From Candidatus Cloacimonadales bacterium (GTDB lineage Bacteria > Cloacimonadota > Cloacimonadia > Cloacimonadales > JAFGVF01): a stretch of DNA of 64,000 bases. The position numbers and the translations under genes are program-made. The notes beneath the pieces were generated by a model. That model did no database searches and was not told the origin of the DNA. It was given only the letters and a program-made list of their open reading frames with translations. This document shows, one piece after another, positions 34,475 through 44,033 of this stretch (its first letter is position 1; each line of letters starts with the position of its first letter). The DNA lies in the NCBI GenBank assembly GCA_963667035.1, contig OY762964.1, positions 448,001-512,000 of the forward strand, in the 5' to 3' direction.

Positions 34475-34550
34475 CTATTTGACAACCATCATCTTTCCAA
34501 TCGCTTCTTTACCTTCACAGCTAACTTTATAGAAGTATATCCCGAAGGCT
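34475..34550 (-). pseudogene. Orphan 3' end of a fifth beta-helix-family paralog (AFGIYFYKVSCEGKEAIGKMMVVK*)
   Basis: Matches the CTD end of paralogs A-D; no upstream homologous sequence seen. Confidence 0.8.
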
Positions 34551-35013
34551 AGAGATCTATGTATTATATTAAAGTCCATTTTAAGTAATTCAAGAATCAT
34601 CAGTTCAAATAGAGGAATAGGGAGTTACTTATCTCCCGGATTATAAATTGATTTTGGTTTGAAATCTTTAACGTAGATTTTTGTATTATTTTTATTATTA
34701 GATTTCATAGTATTCATTAGTTAAGTATCTGAAAGTAGATTGTAGATACACCTCTTAAATTATAAAAATAGCTCTTGTATGGGATTCATATTCCTGCTTC
34801 TTACGCCTCATGAGATACTCGTTAGCTTCCCGTTACAGGAGATGGAAAATAGATAAGTACAGTATGGGGTCTAGATTGACTATGAATTATTATTATGATA
34901 CAGCAATATAATTGCAAATAAAAAGGCAGATTATCTTGATAATCAGCCTCAGACTGTTGACAAAAACATTCTAATTTACATGGATATATTGTTGAAAGTC
35001 ATTTTTCTTCATT

Positions 35014-36486
35014 CTAACTGAGTCCAAACCCAAACATGCGAGATTTTGCTCTATTTTCGTGTAAATTGGAGTTGAAAATCATGTAATTGATGATAAATTT
35101 TGCTATTAATTTCCCTAATTTACCTTTGAAAAGGTATTTTACGAGTTTCTTGATATTTTGCACAATAGCTGTTAGATAAGCTTGTTCTCGAACTCGCTCT
35201 ATTCCTCGATATTTTGCATATCGGTAGCCATGAAGTTGCTTTGCATTGGCAAAGCTTCTCTCAATGGTTTCTTTTCTCCTCTTGTATATCTCTTTCCCAC
35301 ATAATGTTAACCTATTCTTGTGGATTATCTCTTTGCTCTCTTCCCAGACATGACGAGTGATTACTTTTTGAGAAGACTTACTTTCTGTACATTTACTTAG
35401 CATTGGACAATTCTTGCATTCACTAGGATTCGACTTGTATTCTTTATAGCCATCACGGCTCGTTGTTCTATAATTTAACTCTTTATTACATGGACAAAGG
35501 TAAACATCCTTCCGGGAATTATATGTAAATTTGTTCTTTTTAAATAGACCTTTCTTACCTCCCTGTCTTTTGTAGCCAAGGACTCCCATAATATTCATAT
35601 CTACCAGTTGCTTACAAATGCTAATTGTATCATATCCTGCATCAAGCCCTGCTGCCTGAACATTAAAACCATAAACCTTTTGTTGGAACTGTAACCTGTC
35701 AATATAGCAGGTGCCATCATTTACATTGCCGGGAGTAATGTGAACATCGGTTATATAGTTCGTTTTATGGTCGACTGTCCTATGATCTAAGTAGAAGAAG
35801 CCTTGAGGCTTTCTATCACGGGTCATAAAGCCACTATCGGGATCTGTTGTGCTAGACTTGATATTTTTTACTTTAGGTGATGCTCCTCCTTTACGATTGT
35901 TATCCTTAGGAGGTAAAGGTTTCTTACCATGAGCCTTCCGATCTTCATCAACGCTTGTGTTAAGATCTTCCAAGTAACTCTTGGAGGATACCTCAACTTC
36001 AATATCCTCGAATTTACCTTTATTAGCATTTGCCTTTAGATGGGTTGAGTCGCTATAAAGTATCTTCCCATCAACTAATCCATGTTTAATGCCTAACTTC
36101 ACTATATCTATAAAAATCTCTTCGAATACGCTGCTATCATTAAATCGCCTTCTACGATTTTGACTGAAGACTGAGTGATGAGGTACTTTATCAGTTAGTC
36201 CAAAGCCTAAGAACCAACGATAAGCCACATTGACCTCTATCTCTTTGACCAATTGTCTTTCCGAGCGAATACCGAATAGATAGCCAATAAAAAGCATTTT
36301 GAAAAGAGTAATAGGATGAATTGGAGGACGATCGGTAGTAGAACAATACAAATGCGCTGTTCTATCTAAAATGAATGAAAAATCTATTACGCTATCGATT
36401 TTCCTTAGTATGTGATCTACCGGTACTAAATCATCTATTATTACAAACTCCATTTGGGACTGTGTGTCAGAAACTTTTTTAAGCAT
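35014..36486 (-). CDS. IS1182-family DDE transposase
   Basis: DDLVPVDHILRKID, LFGIRSERQL, VAYRWFLG, DSTH, DAGY, C-x-C zinc-like insert, RKETIERSF, RYAKYRG. Confidence 0.93.
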   Translation of the reverse strand: MLKKVSDTQSQMEFVIIDDLVPVDHILRKIDSVIDFSFILDRTAHLYCSTTDRPPIHPITLFKMLFIGYLFGIRSERQLVKEIEVNVAYRWFLGFGLTDKVPHHSVFSQNRRRRFNDSSVFEEIFIDIVKLGIKHGLVDGKILYSDSTHLKANANKGKFEDIEVEVSSKSYLEDLNTSVDEDRKAHGKKPLPPKDNNRKGGASPKVKNIKSSTTDPDSGFMTRDRKPQGFFYLDHRTVDHKTNYITDVHITPGNVNDGTCYIDRLQFQQKVYGFNVQAAGLDAGYDTISICKQLVDMNIMGVLGYKRQGGKKGLFKKNKFTYNSRKDVYLCPCNKELNYRTTSRDGYKEYKSNPSECKNCPMLSKCTESKSSQKVITRHVWEESKEIIHKNRLTLCGKEIYKRRKETIERSFANAKQLHGYRYAKYRGIERVREQAYLTAIVQNIKKLVKYLFKGKLGKLIAKFIINYMIFNSNLHENRAKSRMFGFGLS

Positions 36487-36562
36487 AACCACCTCTAATT
36501 ATGATGGTTTAAGTATAATATTTGGAGAAATCTGTCAATGATTGATGTTCTTATTTTAAGCT

Positions 36563-36603
36563 AAAAAAAGACAAAGCTATGAAATATTACTCATAGCTTT
36601 GTC
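36563..36603 (-). terminator. IS-internal terminator shielding the transposase from valS read-through
   Basis: GACAAAGCTATGA-8nt-TCATAGCTTTGTC followed by T7 on the minus strand; overlaps the IR. Confidence 0.75.
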
Positions 36604-36659
36604 AGCAGTCTGAGGCAGATTATCAAGATAATCTGCCTTAGTTGTTTAATCTTTATGTA

Positions 36660-39305
36660 TTAGTTTAAGCCGTCGAGGAGCTCTTTGGTTTTATCAAACT
36701 TCTCCTTAACTTCATCATACTTAGCTTTCTCTTTTTCTACAACCTCAGGTTTAGCATTACTCAAGAACTTCTCGTTGCTGAGTTTTCTTGTAATACCGCT
36801 CAACTCTTTTTCAAGTTTATCCAATTGCTTTTGGATTTTAGCTTTTTCAGCATCCATGTCGATTAATCCTTCCAAAGCAAGATAGAGAGTTGTTGAGCCT
36901 ACAACAGCTGCAATTGCACCTTTAGGTTTCTTAGCAACGAATACAATATCTGTAACTTTTGCAAGCTTATTCAAATAACCATTATACTCTTTATAAAGGG
37001 ATTCAACTGAAGAGTCATCAGTTAAAACGGTTATACTTACTTCTAGTCCGGGACTCAAATTTACTTGTTTCCTCAAATTTCTGATAGCAGTGATAGATTC
37101 TTGAATGAAGCTCATATCAGCAGATATTTTACTATCAATCATAGCATCATCAGCTATAGGGAATTGAGCAATGATAAGAGCTTCTTCGCTGTTAGGAAGT
37201 TGAGTCTTAATTCCCTGCCATACTTCCTCTGTAATGAATGGCATGATAGGATGAAGCATACGCATCGATTTCTGCATAACATCGAGAAGCATATATTTGG
37301 CAGTTAACTGACCAACTTTATCCTCTGCATTATAGATTCTGTCCTTTGTCAATTCCAGATACCATGAGCAGAACTCATTCCAGATGAAATGCATCAATGT
37401 AGAAGCCGCATCATTAAAACGAAGAGTTTCATAGTAGTCTCTAACCTCTTTAGCAACTTCATTCATTCGGCTATAAATCCATTTATCGGCAAGTTCCGGA
37501 CGAAGCTCAGTTTCGCTAGGTAATCCTTCTATTTGCTCAGCATTCATCATAATATATCTGTATGCATTCCAAATTTTATTAGCAAAATTTCTGCCATTCT
37601 CTAAGAGAGAATCCGAATAATAACTGTCTGCACCTTTAGGAGTATTAAAGATAATACCGAACCTAAGAGCATCAGCACCAACTTTCTCAATTATATCTAT
37701 AGGATCCGGTGAGTTACCAAGAGATTTACTCATCTTACGACCAATCTCATCTCTGACAATACCATGTAGATATACAGTATCAAATGGTATGGTACCTCTG
37801 AATTCAAGAGTTGACATAATCATTCTGGCAACCCAGAGATAGATAATTTCATGACCTGTAACAAGTAAGTTTGTAGGAAGAAAGTAGTTTAGCTCTTCTG
37901 TTTCTTCCGGCCAACCCATAGTCGAGAAGGGCCATAACCAACTTGAGAACCAAGTATCAAGAACGTCTTCATCTTGTCTGAATGAACCATGTCCGCATTT
38001 TGGACATTCAGTAGGAGTATCAACCGATACAACAAGTTCACCGCATTCTTCACAATAATAAGCGGGAATTCTATGCCCCCACCAGATTTGACGTGAGATA
38101 CACCAATCTCTTATATTGTTCATCCAGTGCATATATACTTTAGTCCAACGCTCAGGTTGGAATTTAATTTCACCTGATTCAACCTTTGCTATTGCTTCCT
38201 TTGCAAGAGGTTCCATCTTAACAAACCATTGGTCGGAAAGATATGGCTCAATAACCGTTTCACATCTGTAACAATGCCCAACAGAATGTACATGAGTGTC
38301 TATCTTTTCAAGCAGACCTTCATCTTCCATCATCTTAACCAGTTTCTTACGGCATTCATATCTATCGAGTCCGGCAAAGTCTTTGCCTGCCGTTTCATTC
38401 ATAACACCATGCTCATCTATAACGAGAATACGTTCAAGATTATGCCTGTTACCAACTTCAAAGTCATTAGGATCATGTGCGGGAGTAATCTTAACACATC
38501 CGGTTCCAAATTCCATATCAACGTAACTATCGGCAACAACAGGAATTTCACGACCTGTGAAAGGTAGAATTACATTCTTACCAATGAGGTCAGTATAACG
38601 CTCATCTTTCGGATTAACAGCAACAGCCGTATCACCAAGCATTGTTTCAGGACGAGTAGTTGCAATAACTACATATCCTTTGCCGTCAACACGTGGATAA
38701 CGGAAATGCCAAAGTCTTCCTTCTTCATCTTCATGGTCAACTTCGTCATTAGCAAGAGCTGTTACACAGCGAGGACACCAGTTGATTATATATTTACCTT
38801 TGTAAACTAAACCTTTCTCATATAAGTGAACAAATACTTCCCGAACTGCTTTTGACAAACCTTCGTCCATAGTAAAGCGTTCACGAGTCCAATCGCATGA
38901 AGCACCAAGCTGTTTGAGCTGTTCAATAATTCTTCCACCCTTCTCTTCTTTCCAAGCCCAAATACGCTTAACAAGCTCTTCACGCCCAATCTCATGACGC
39001 GTGAGATTCTCTTTTGCAAGTTGCTTCTCTACAACATTCTGGGTAGCAATACCGGCATGGTCAACTCCCGGAATCCAGAGAGTTGGAATACCGTTCATTC
39101 TCTTAAATCGAATGATAGTATCTTGCAAAGTATTGTTAAGTACATGTCCCATGTGTAGAATACCGGTTACGTTTGGTGGTGGTATTAAGATAGTAAAAGG
39201 CTCTTTGTCCTTATCAATAGTAGGGGAGAAGTACCCTTTATCATTCCAATGCTTATACCATTTCTTCTCAATTTGATTCGGCTCATAAGTTTTGTTAATA
39301 TCCAT
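36660..39305 (-). CDS. valS: Valine--tRNA ligase
   Basis: PPPNVTGILHMGH, DHAGIATQ, DWCISRQIWWGH, KMSKS, C-terminal coiled coil. Confidence 0.98.
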   Translation of the reverse strand: MDINKTYEPNQIEKKWYKHWNDKGYFSPTIDKDKEPFTILIPPPNVTGILHMGHVLNNTLQDTIIRFKRMNGIPTLWIPGVDHAGIATQNVVEKQLAKENLTRHEIGREELVKRIWAWKEEKGGRIIEQLKQLGASCDWTRERFTMDEGLSKAVREVFVHLYEKGLVYKGKYIINWCPRCVTALANDEVDHEDEEGRLWHFRYPRVDGKGYVVIATTRPETMLGDTAVAVNPKDERYTDLIGKNVILPFTGREIPVVADSYVDMEFGTGCVKITPAHDPNDFEVGNRHNLERILVIDEHGVMNETAGKDFAGLDRYECRKKLVKMMEDEGLLEKIDTHVHSVGHCYRCETVIEPYLSDQWFVKMEPLAKEAIAKVESGEIKFQPERWTKVYMHWMNNIRDWCISRQIWWGHRIPAYYCEECGELVVSVDTPTECPKCGHGSFRQDEDVLDTWFSSWLWPFSTMGWPEETEELNYFLPTNLLVTGHEIIYLWVARMIMSTLEFRGTIPFDTVYLHGIVRDEIGRKMSKSLGNSPDPIDIIEKVGADALRFGIIFNTPKGADSYYSDSLLENGRNFANKIWNAYRYIMMNAEQIEGLPSETELRPELADKWIYSRMNEVAKEVRDYYETLRFNDAASTLMHFIWNEFCSWYLELTKDRIYNAEDKVGQLTAKYMLLDVMQKSMRMLHPIMPFITEEVWQGIKTQLPNSEEALIIAQFPIADDAMIDSKISADMSFIQESITAIRNLRKQVNLSPGLEVSITVLTDDSSVESLYKEYNGYLNKLAKVTDIVFVAKKPKGAIAAVVGSTTLYLALEGLIDMDAEKAKIQKQLDKLEKELSGITRKLSNEKFLSNAKPEVVEKEKAKYDEVKEKFDKTKELLDGLN

Positions 39306-39412
39306 TTATAAAATCCTCTATATATTCTTAACTATTATTTTGGTGAATTAGTAGGCTATAAACGCTTCAATTTAGATTGTAATCTAATAACGATAATGTG
39401 GCTGTCTATAGA

Positions 39413-39976
39413 CTATTGGTTATTGTCTATGCAGTATGCTTTGTATGGCAAACCACGTCTTTCCAATTCTTTATCCAAAAACTCTTTCTGAGTTTCAAAA
39501 GCGACAGGAATCAGATTAGACAAAGGGACGAACCGGGCATCGATAGCATCATCACCGGCCCTTAATTCACCTCCTGTAATACGCATACAAAAACATAATG
39601 AAAGCACCTTGTGATAGAAAGGGTTATCACCAATAGTATAACCGACAAAATGGTCTACTTCCCCTATGAGACCTGTTTCTTCCAACATCTCATCAACAAC
39701 GGCGGTTTCGGGAGTTTGATAAATCTCCATATATCCGCTAGGAAGTGCCCATTCTCCTGCCGCAGGTGGAAGTCCTCTTTTAATCATAACAACCTCGTCC
39801 TTATCGTTGATAATCATAGCTGCAACGACAGGAACAGGATTACGATAGCATGTCCATCCGCATTCGGGGCATATTGCTCTGAGCTTATTCTCAGAGTCCT
39901 TTTTGAGTTCCATTCCTGCACCGCATCGCTGACAGAAATTGACTCCTTCATAGTGCTTTTTTGTTATTAAATCCAT
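39413..39976 (-). CDS. NUDIX hydrolase with N-terminal zinc ribbon
   Basis: FCQRCG...CPECG...YRNP; WALPSG...ETAVVDEMLEETGL. Start taken at ATG 39976. Confidence 0.88.
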   Translation of the reverse strand: MDLITKKHYEGVNFCQRCGAGMELKKDSENKLRAICPECGWTCYRNPVPVVAAMIINDKDEVVMIKRGLPPAAGEWALPSGYMEIYQTPETAVVDEMLEETGLIGEVDHFVGYTIGDNPFYHKVLSLCFCMRITGGELRAGDDAIDARFVPLSNLIPVAFETQKEFLDKELERRGLPYKAYCIDNNQ

Positions 39977-40048
39977 AATAGTAACAAATTTAGGATGCGG
40001 GGATAATGTCAAGGATTATGGGATGGATAGTATAAAGGTGTTTGTAGT

Positions 40049-40363
40049 TTAGACAATTCCTAAAGATTCTAAAAGCAAATGAATATCTGAAAATGGTAGC
40101 CTGCAATCTTTATCCTTAACTCCTACTTTTATCTTTTTTTCTCTTGTTTTTGTAGCCCTCTTCGAATTACTTGCAACGTTATTAACTATAGGTTTCAAAT
40201 GTTAATATAGATCAAACTTAGGGTTACCATTCTTGTAGTTTGGAATATGGTTTCTTAAAAGATTAACCATTTCATCACACTTGCATACTTCTCATGAAAC
40301 TAACTCATAATGAAATAACACCCATGTCTCAAAGCATGGGAATGACTGTATAACATGAATATT
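40049..40363 (-). pseudogene. RloB-like domain remnant (C-terminal half, two in-frame stops)
   Basis: Manual translation NIHVIQSFPCFETWVLFHYELVS*...LRNHIPNYKN...DLY*HL...PFSDIHLLLESL matches the RloB pattern SxPCFExWxLxH...PxYxK...PxSxxxxLxExL. Confidence 0.65.
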
Positions 40364-40385
40364 CTAATTTACTGTGGAGAATAAT

Positions 40386-40652
40386 CTACTTTGTATGGAT
40401 TTGATTGAAAACAAAATTACCAAGAAAAATAGATTTGATAGAACCATCCATAATCATCATTAAAATAACTAGTTTTATTACAATCAATATTGCATATAAG
40501 AATTTATGGCGGCGTGGAACGAAGAATGAGAATGCTATGACTAATGGGATAACTCCCAAGAGGTAAACTGAAATAAGCATCAGTAATATTTCACCTGCAA
40601 AGCGAAGGTTAATTTCTCGATTATCCTCCTTATCCTTATTAAATCTACGCAT
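40386..40652 (-). CDS. Small hypothetical membrane protein
   Basis: AGGAGG RBS; 2-3 hydrophobic segments. Confidence 0.6.
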   Translation of the reverse strand: MRRFNKDKEDNREINLRFAGEILLMLISVYLLGVIPLVIAFSFFVPRRHKFLYAILIVIKLVILMMIMDGSIKSIFLGNFVFNQIHTK

Positions 40653-40769
40653 AAATACCTCCTAATATACCCCGTTCAATAGCAAAAAAAAGAAAAGCTG
40701 ATTAATCATTTTCTTAAGTATATGTTTCGTAGTGTAAATAATATTGTCAAGCTTTTGTAAACATGGCTA

Positions 40770-40799
40770 TTGACATAAACGGATGTTAAAACGTATTAT
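40770..40799 (+). promoter_or_regulatory. Sigma70-like promoter
   Basis: TTGACA-18nt-TATTAT, 26 nt upstream of the flavoprotein ATG. Confidence 0.5.
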
Positions 40800-40825
40800 A
40801 TCCGAAAACAACCAAAGGATATATA

Positions 40826-41455
40826 ATGAAAGTCGTAGCCATTAATGGGAGTCCAAAATCGGAAGGGAACACAGCTTATGCCATTACTGTAGTGCTAAAA
40901 GAGTTGGAAAGCAAAGGAATTGAAACAGATGTTATACATATAGGTAATTCAACAGTTAAGGGATGTACCGGATGTGGTATGTGCTCTAAAAACAAGGATG
41001 AGAGATGCATTATTGATGACGATGTAAATATATGGATTCAACAAATGAAGAAAGCTGACGGCTTACTCTTTGCTTCACCTGTTTACTACTCGGGAATAAA
41101 TGGAACAATGAAAGCATTTATGGACAGAGTTTTCTATATAGGGGGAGCTAATGGAGGATTTTTTAGACATAAGGTAGGAGCTTCAATTGTTGCCGTTAGG
41201 AGATCAGGTGGTCTTCCCGCTTTTCAACAACTAAATACTTACCTTAATTATGCTGAAATGATGATACCTTCATCCAATTATTGGAATGTTATATATGGAA
41301 GAGTTCCCGGTGATGCCAGGAAAGATGAAGAAGGTAATCAAATCATGCGAGTACTGGGTCGTAACATGGCATGGCTGATGCAGATGATTGACAGTACCAA
41401 AGACGAAATCCCAAAACCAATTCCCGAAAAGAAGATATACACACATTTCTTATAA
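40826..41455 (+). CDS. Iron-sulfur flavoprotein / NADPH-dependent FMN reductase family
   Basis: INGSPK..GNT; CxxCxxC-x7-C; ASPVYY; VRRSG; SNYWN. Confidence 0.9.
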   Translation: MKVVAINGSPKSEGNTAYAITVVLKELESKGIETDVIHIGNSTVKGCTGCGMCSKNKDERCIIDDDVNIWIQQMKKADGLLFASPVYYSGINGTMKAFMDRVFYIGGANGGFFRHKVGASIVAVRRSGGLPAFQQLNTYLNYAEMMIPSSNYWNVIYGRVPGDARKDEEGNQIMRVLGRNMAWLMQMIDSTKDEIPKPIPEKKIYTHFL

Positions 41456-41474
41456 ACAAGAACAAGGAGATTTA

Positions 41475-41864
41475 ATGGATAAACTTAACAAGACAATGGA
41501 GTCATTGACTTTTGAGTTCTTCGGTAGTTCGGAATATAAAACCGATCCCTCAACTTTTCTTTACGATGATGATTCTGTCCTCGTTGACATTAGATGTAAG
41601 GAAGAAATAGAAACAATTTCACTAAACTTACTTCATCATATTCCCGTTATCAATATACCTCTTAATGAGTTACCTACAAGAATAAATGAATTACCTAAAG
41701 ATAAAAGACTGGGGCTTTTCTGTTCTTCAGGAGTCAGGATTGCAATGGCATTTCTATATTTGAAGACTGTAGGATTTGATAATGTCGTGATGCTTTCAGG
41801 TGGATTGAATGCAATTGTAAATGAGCTTAAGCCGGGGAAGATACATTATAGAATTAACAACTAA
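41475..41864 (+). CDS. Rhodanese-like protein
   Basis: LVDIR..E, NIPLNEL, FCSSGVR, LSGG; AGGAG RBS before ATG 41475. Confidence 0.85.
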   Translation: MDKLNKTMESLTFEFFGSSEYKTDPSTFLYDDDSVLVDIRCKEEIETISLNLLHHIPVINIPLNELPTRINELPKDKRLGLFCSSGVRIAMAFLYLKTVGFDNVVMLSGGLNAIVNELKPGKIHYRINN

Positions 41865-41869
41865 TAAGT

Positions 41870-41896
41870 AAGGCTGTTGACTTGGTCAACAGCCTT
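41870..41896. terminator. Bidirectional terminator hairpin
   Basis: AAGGCTGTTGAC-TTG-GTCAACAGCCTT between convergent genes. Confidence 0.8.
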
Positions 41897-41902
41897 TATG
41901 TT

Positions 41903-42316
41903 TTACCATTCAATCGGTTCATCAATATTACTCCCTGAAGCCATGAATGTTACTTCATCGGGAATAATCTCAACTAATCCGAATCCGGGATGATCAGGAC
42001 TATCAAAATACCCGGAAATGAATGTAGCAATATTCCATATTGTTTTTCGATCTGCTTTATCATTGCTATATATAGCCTTACCCTTAACTCGGGCAAAACA
42101 TTCCTCGTTGTTTTGTTTCAAAGCGATACTCAAGGCTACTTTAGGATGATTGAGAATCTGTTTAGTTTTAGCATCTTCAATACCGGTAGCTAACCAGAAT
42201 CTATTTTCATGCTTTATGAGTATCATTGGACGTACTCTTGGATACTCTCCATCATAAGTTGCAAACCAGCAACGTTGCATTGGCTCAAACAATTGCAATA
42301 GCTCTTTTTTATTCAT
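41903..42316 (-). CDS. Pyridoxamine 5'-phosphate oxidase-like FMN-binding split barrel (general stress protein 26-like)
   Basis: FATYDGEYPRVRPM, KTKQILNHPKV, YFDSPDHP. Confidence 0.8.
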   Translation of the reverse strand: MNKKELLQLFEPMQRCWFATYDGEYPRVRPMILIKHENRFWLATGIEDAKTKQILNHPKVALSIALKQNNEECFARVKGKAIYSNDKADRKTIWNIATFISGYFDSPDHPGFGLVEIIPDEVTFMASGSNIDEPIEW

Positions 42317-42355
42317 TGAATCTCCTTTCTTTATATCATTTATTAATGTGCAGTT

Positions 42356-43156
42356 CTAAAACTTGTAGCTATCCCTGACAGTAGCAAATTTAATTATATT
42401 CCTTCTGAAGTTTGGAACAACCAAGGCATTATTTTTTTCAAAGTAGTAAATATCAGCAGGTCCATCTTGATGAGTTATGAACTTCAGTTTATTTTTAAAG
42501 CTCTTATCAAATACATAAACGGTACCATCCTCCCAGCATGATATATAGAAATAACCGTTCCGGTCTCTAGTTATACCATCAAGATATGAAAGCTTGGTTG
42601 TTGTAACTGTGCTCACTATTCCTGTATCTGTGTCTATGTAGTAGATAGGTGAATCAGTAGTATTACATACAACGTAAAGTCTTTGATCTTCCTCTGTATA
42701 GTATACCCCGTTGGGAGCAGTAATATCTTTAGTCAGTATCATACTATATCCGCTTCTTATATCTATTCGCAGTATATTGTCTTTCTCTGTGTCCGACACA
42801 TATAGATAGTTTTGATTATCCCAAACAATATCGTTTAGAAAACCAGAGTCTGGTATTAGTATTTGGACTTCCAGTTTAGAAGTATTGAGGTTTATACCAA
42901 ATACTCCTCCGTCTGCTGCACAATATAAAAGAGAATCAACTCTTGTTATGCCTCGTACTGATATTAAGTCTTGATTGAAAATCTCTTCATTTCCTTCCAT
43001 ATCTGATTTGATTATTGCACCGCCACTCTTGTTTGAGCTTAAAAAAGCATCCATCTCTTTAATATAAACAATGCTTTCTGGTAGTTTTAACAATGTTTCA
43101 ATTGAATTTAAACTACCTATTACAATACACAGTATTAGTAGGACTTTTAGTTTCAT
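42356..43156 (-). CDS. Secreted SMP-30/gluconolactonase-like beta-propeller
   Basis: Signal peptide; PES, FLNDI, LYVSDT, PNG, LDGI, GPADI repeats. Confidence 0.8.
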   Translation of the reverse strand: MKLKVLLILCIVIGSLNSIETLLKLPESIVYIKEMDAFLSSNKSGGAIIKSDMEGNEEIFNQDLISVRGITRVDSLLYCAADGGVFGINLNTSKLEVQILIPDSGFLNDIVWDNQNYLYVSDTEKDNILRIDIRSGYSMILTKDITAPNGVYYTEEDQRLYVVCNTTDSPIYYIDTDTGIVSTVTTTKLSYLDGITRDRNGYFYISCWEDGTVYVFDKSFKNKLKFITHQDGPADIYYFEKNNALVVPNFRRNIIKFATVRDSYKF

Positions 43157-43163
43157 AGATAAC

Positions 43164-43946
43164 CTATCTTAGTGTTATTCTCTTACTTATTGTTTCATTT
43201 CCTGATTTAAGATTTAGGAGATAGATTCCCGAAGGTAATTTGTGACCTTTTGAATCAACTCCATTCCACACAAGTTTATCTGAGTCTATGATTTTTCTTT
43301 TATACAATAACTGACCTTTAACGTTGGTGACTGTTAATAAAGCATTCTTATTATCATTCTTGATAGAGATATTAAGAGGCTCGTTGTTCGAAAAGGGATT
43401 AGGATAACATTCCAATAACGAGGTTAGTTCTGACACGTTACCCGAATTGGAAGTAAGAGGGTTCATTACGATATTAACTCTTTCTGCATCATTAGAACCA
43501 ATAGTTATGTTTTCAATCGTGTAAGAATTGAAGTCGGGATGTGTCGTAGTTATTGAATAAGAACCTTGGGTAACTTCTAATGAGTAATCTCCATAGAAAT
43601 CGGTTGTAGCACTATCAATTCCATTGCTTACTGTTACCCCGTTTATTGCGAAGTTAGTTTCCGAATTGCAGACTCTACCAAAAATATAAGAACGACCGTC
43701 AGCTTCATAAATAGCAGACCTTGGACAGTTATGGAGGCAATCTCCACATCCGTCACAGAGATTCTGGTCTATTCGTAAGCACATTAACTCAACATCTGGT
43801 TGAATTGCTCCGGTGGGGCATGAATTCATGCAGCGACCGCACATATCACAGGCTGCAGGATTTATCTGAAAGTTTATTCTGCTGATTCCATGCAAAATAG
43901 CAGTAAAAACAACTATAAGAATAATGACTTTTACTATCCTTTTCAT
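43164..43946 (-). CDS. Signal peptide + 2x[4Fe-4S] dicluster ferredoxin + carboxypeptidase-regulatory-like domain + T9SS-type CTD
   Basis: MKRIVKVIILIVVFTAILHG; CDMCGRCMNSCP and CDGCGDCLHNCP; TTDFYGDYSL; CYPNPF...NVKGQ...WNG.DSKG...SGIYL. Confidence 0.85.
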   Translation of the reverse strand: MKRIVKVIILIVVFTAILHGISRINFQINPAACDMCGRCMNSCPTGAIQPDVELMCLRIDQNLCDGCGDCLHNCPRSAIYEADGRSYIFGRVCNSETNFAINGVTVSNGIDSATTDFYGDYSLEVTQGSYSITTTHPDFNSYTIENITIGSNDAERVNIVMNPLTSNSGNVSELTSLLECYPNPFSNNEPLNISIKNDNKNALLTVTNVKGQLLYKRKIIDSDKLVWNGVDSKGHKLPSGIYLLNLKSGNETISKRITLR

Positions 43947-44033
43947 AATCATCACCTTTATATTTATTGCGATCATTACAAATTAGATGAAGTTTGTGGT
44001 TCAAAGTCAAGTATAAACTTGTTTAAGAATTAG

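Larger units (their letters stand above)
34950..36612 (-). mobile_element. IS1182-family insertion sequence (~1.66 kb)
   Basis: Terminal IRs CAGACTGTTGACAAA / TTTGTCAGCAGTCTG (14/15) enclose a transposase; flanked by copies of the valS terminator hairpin. Confidence 0.88.
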
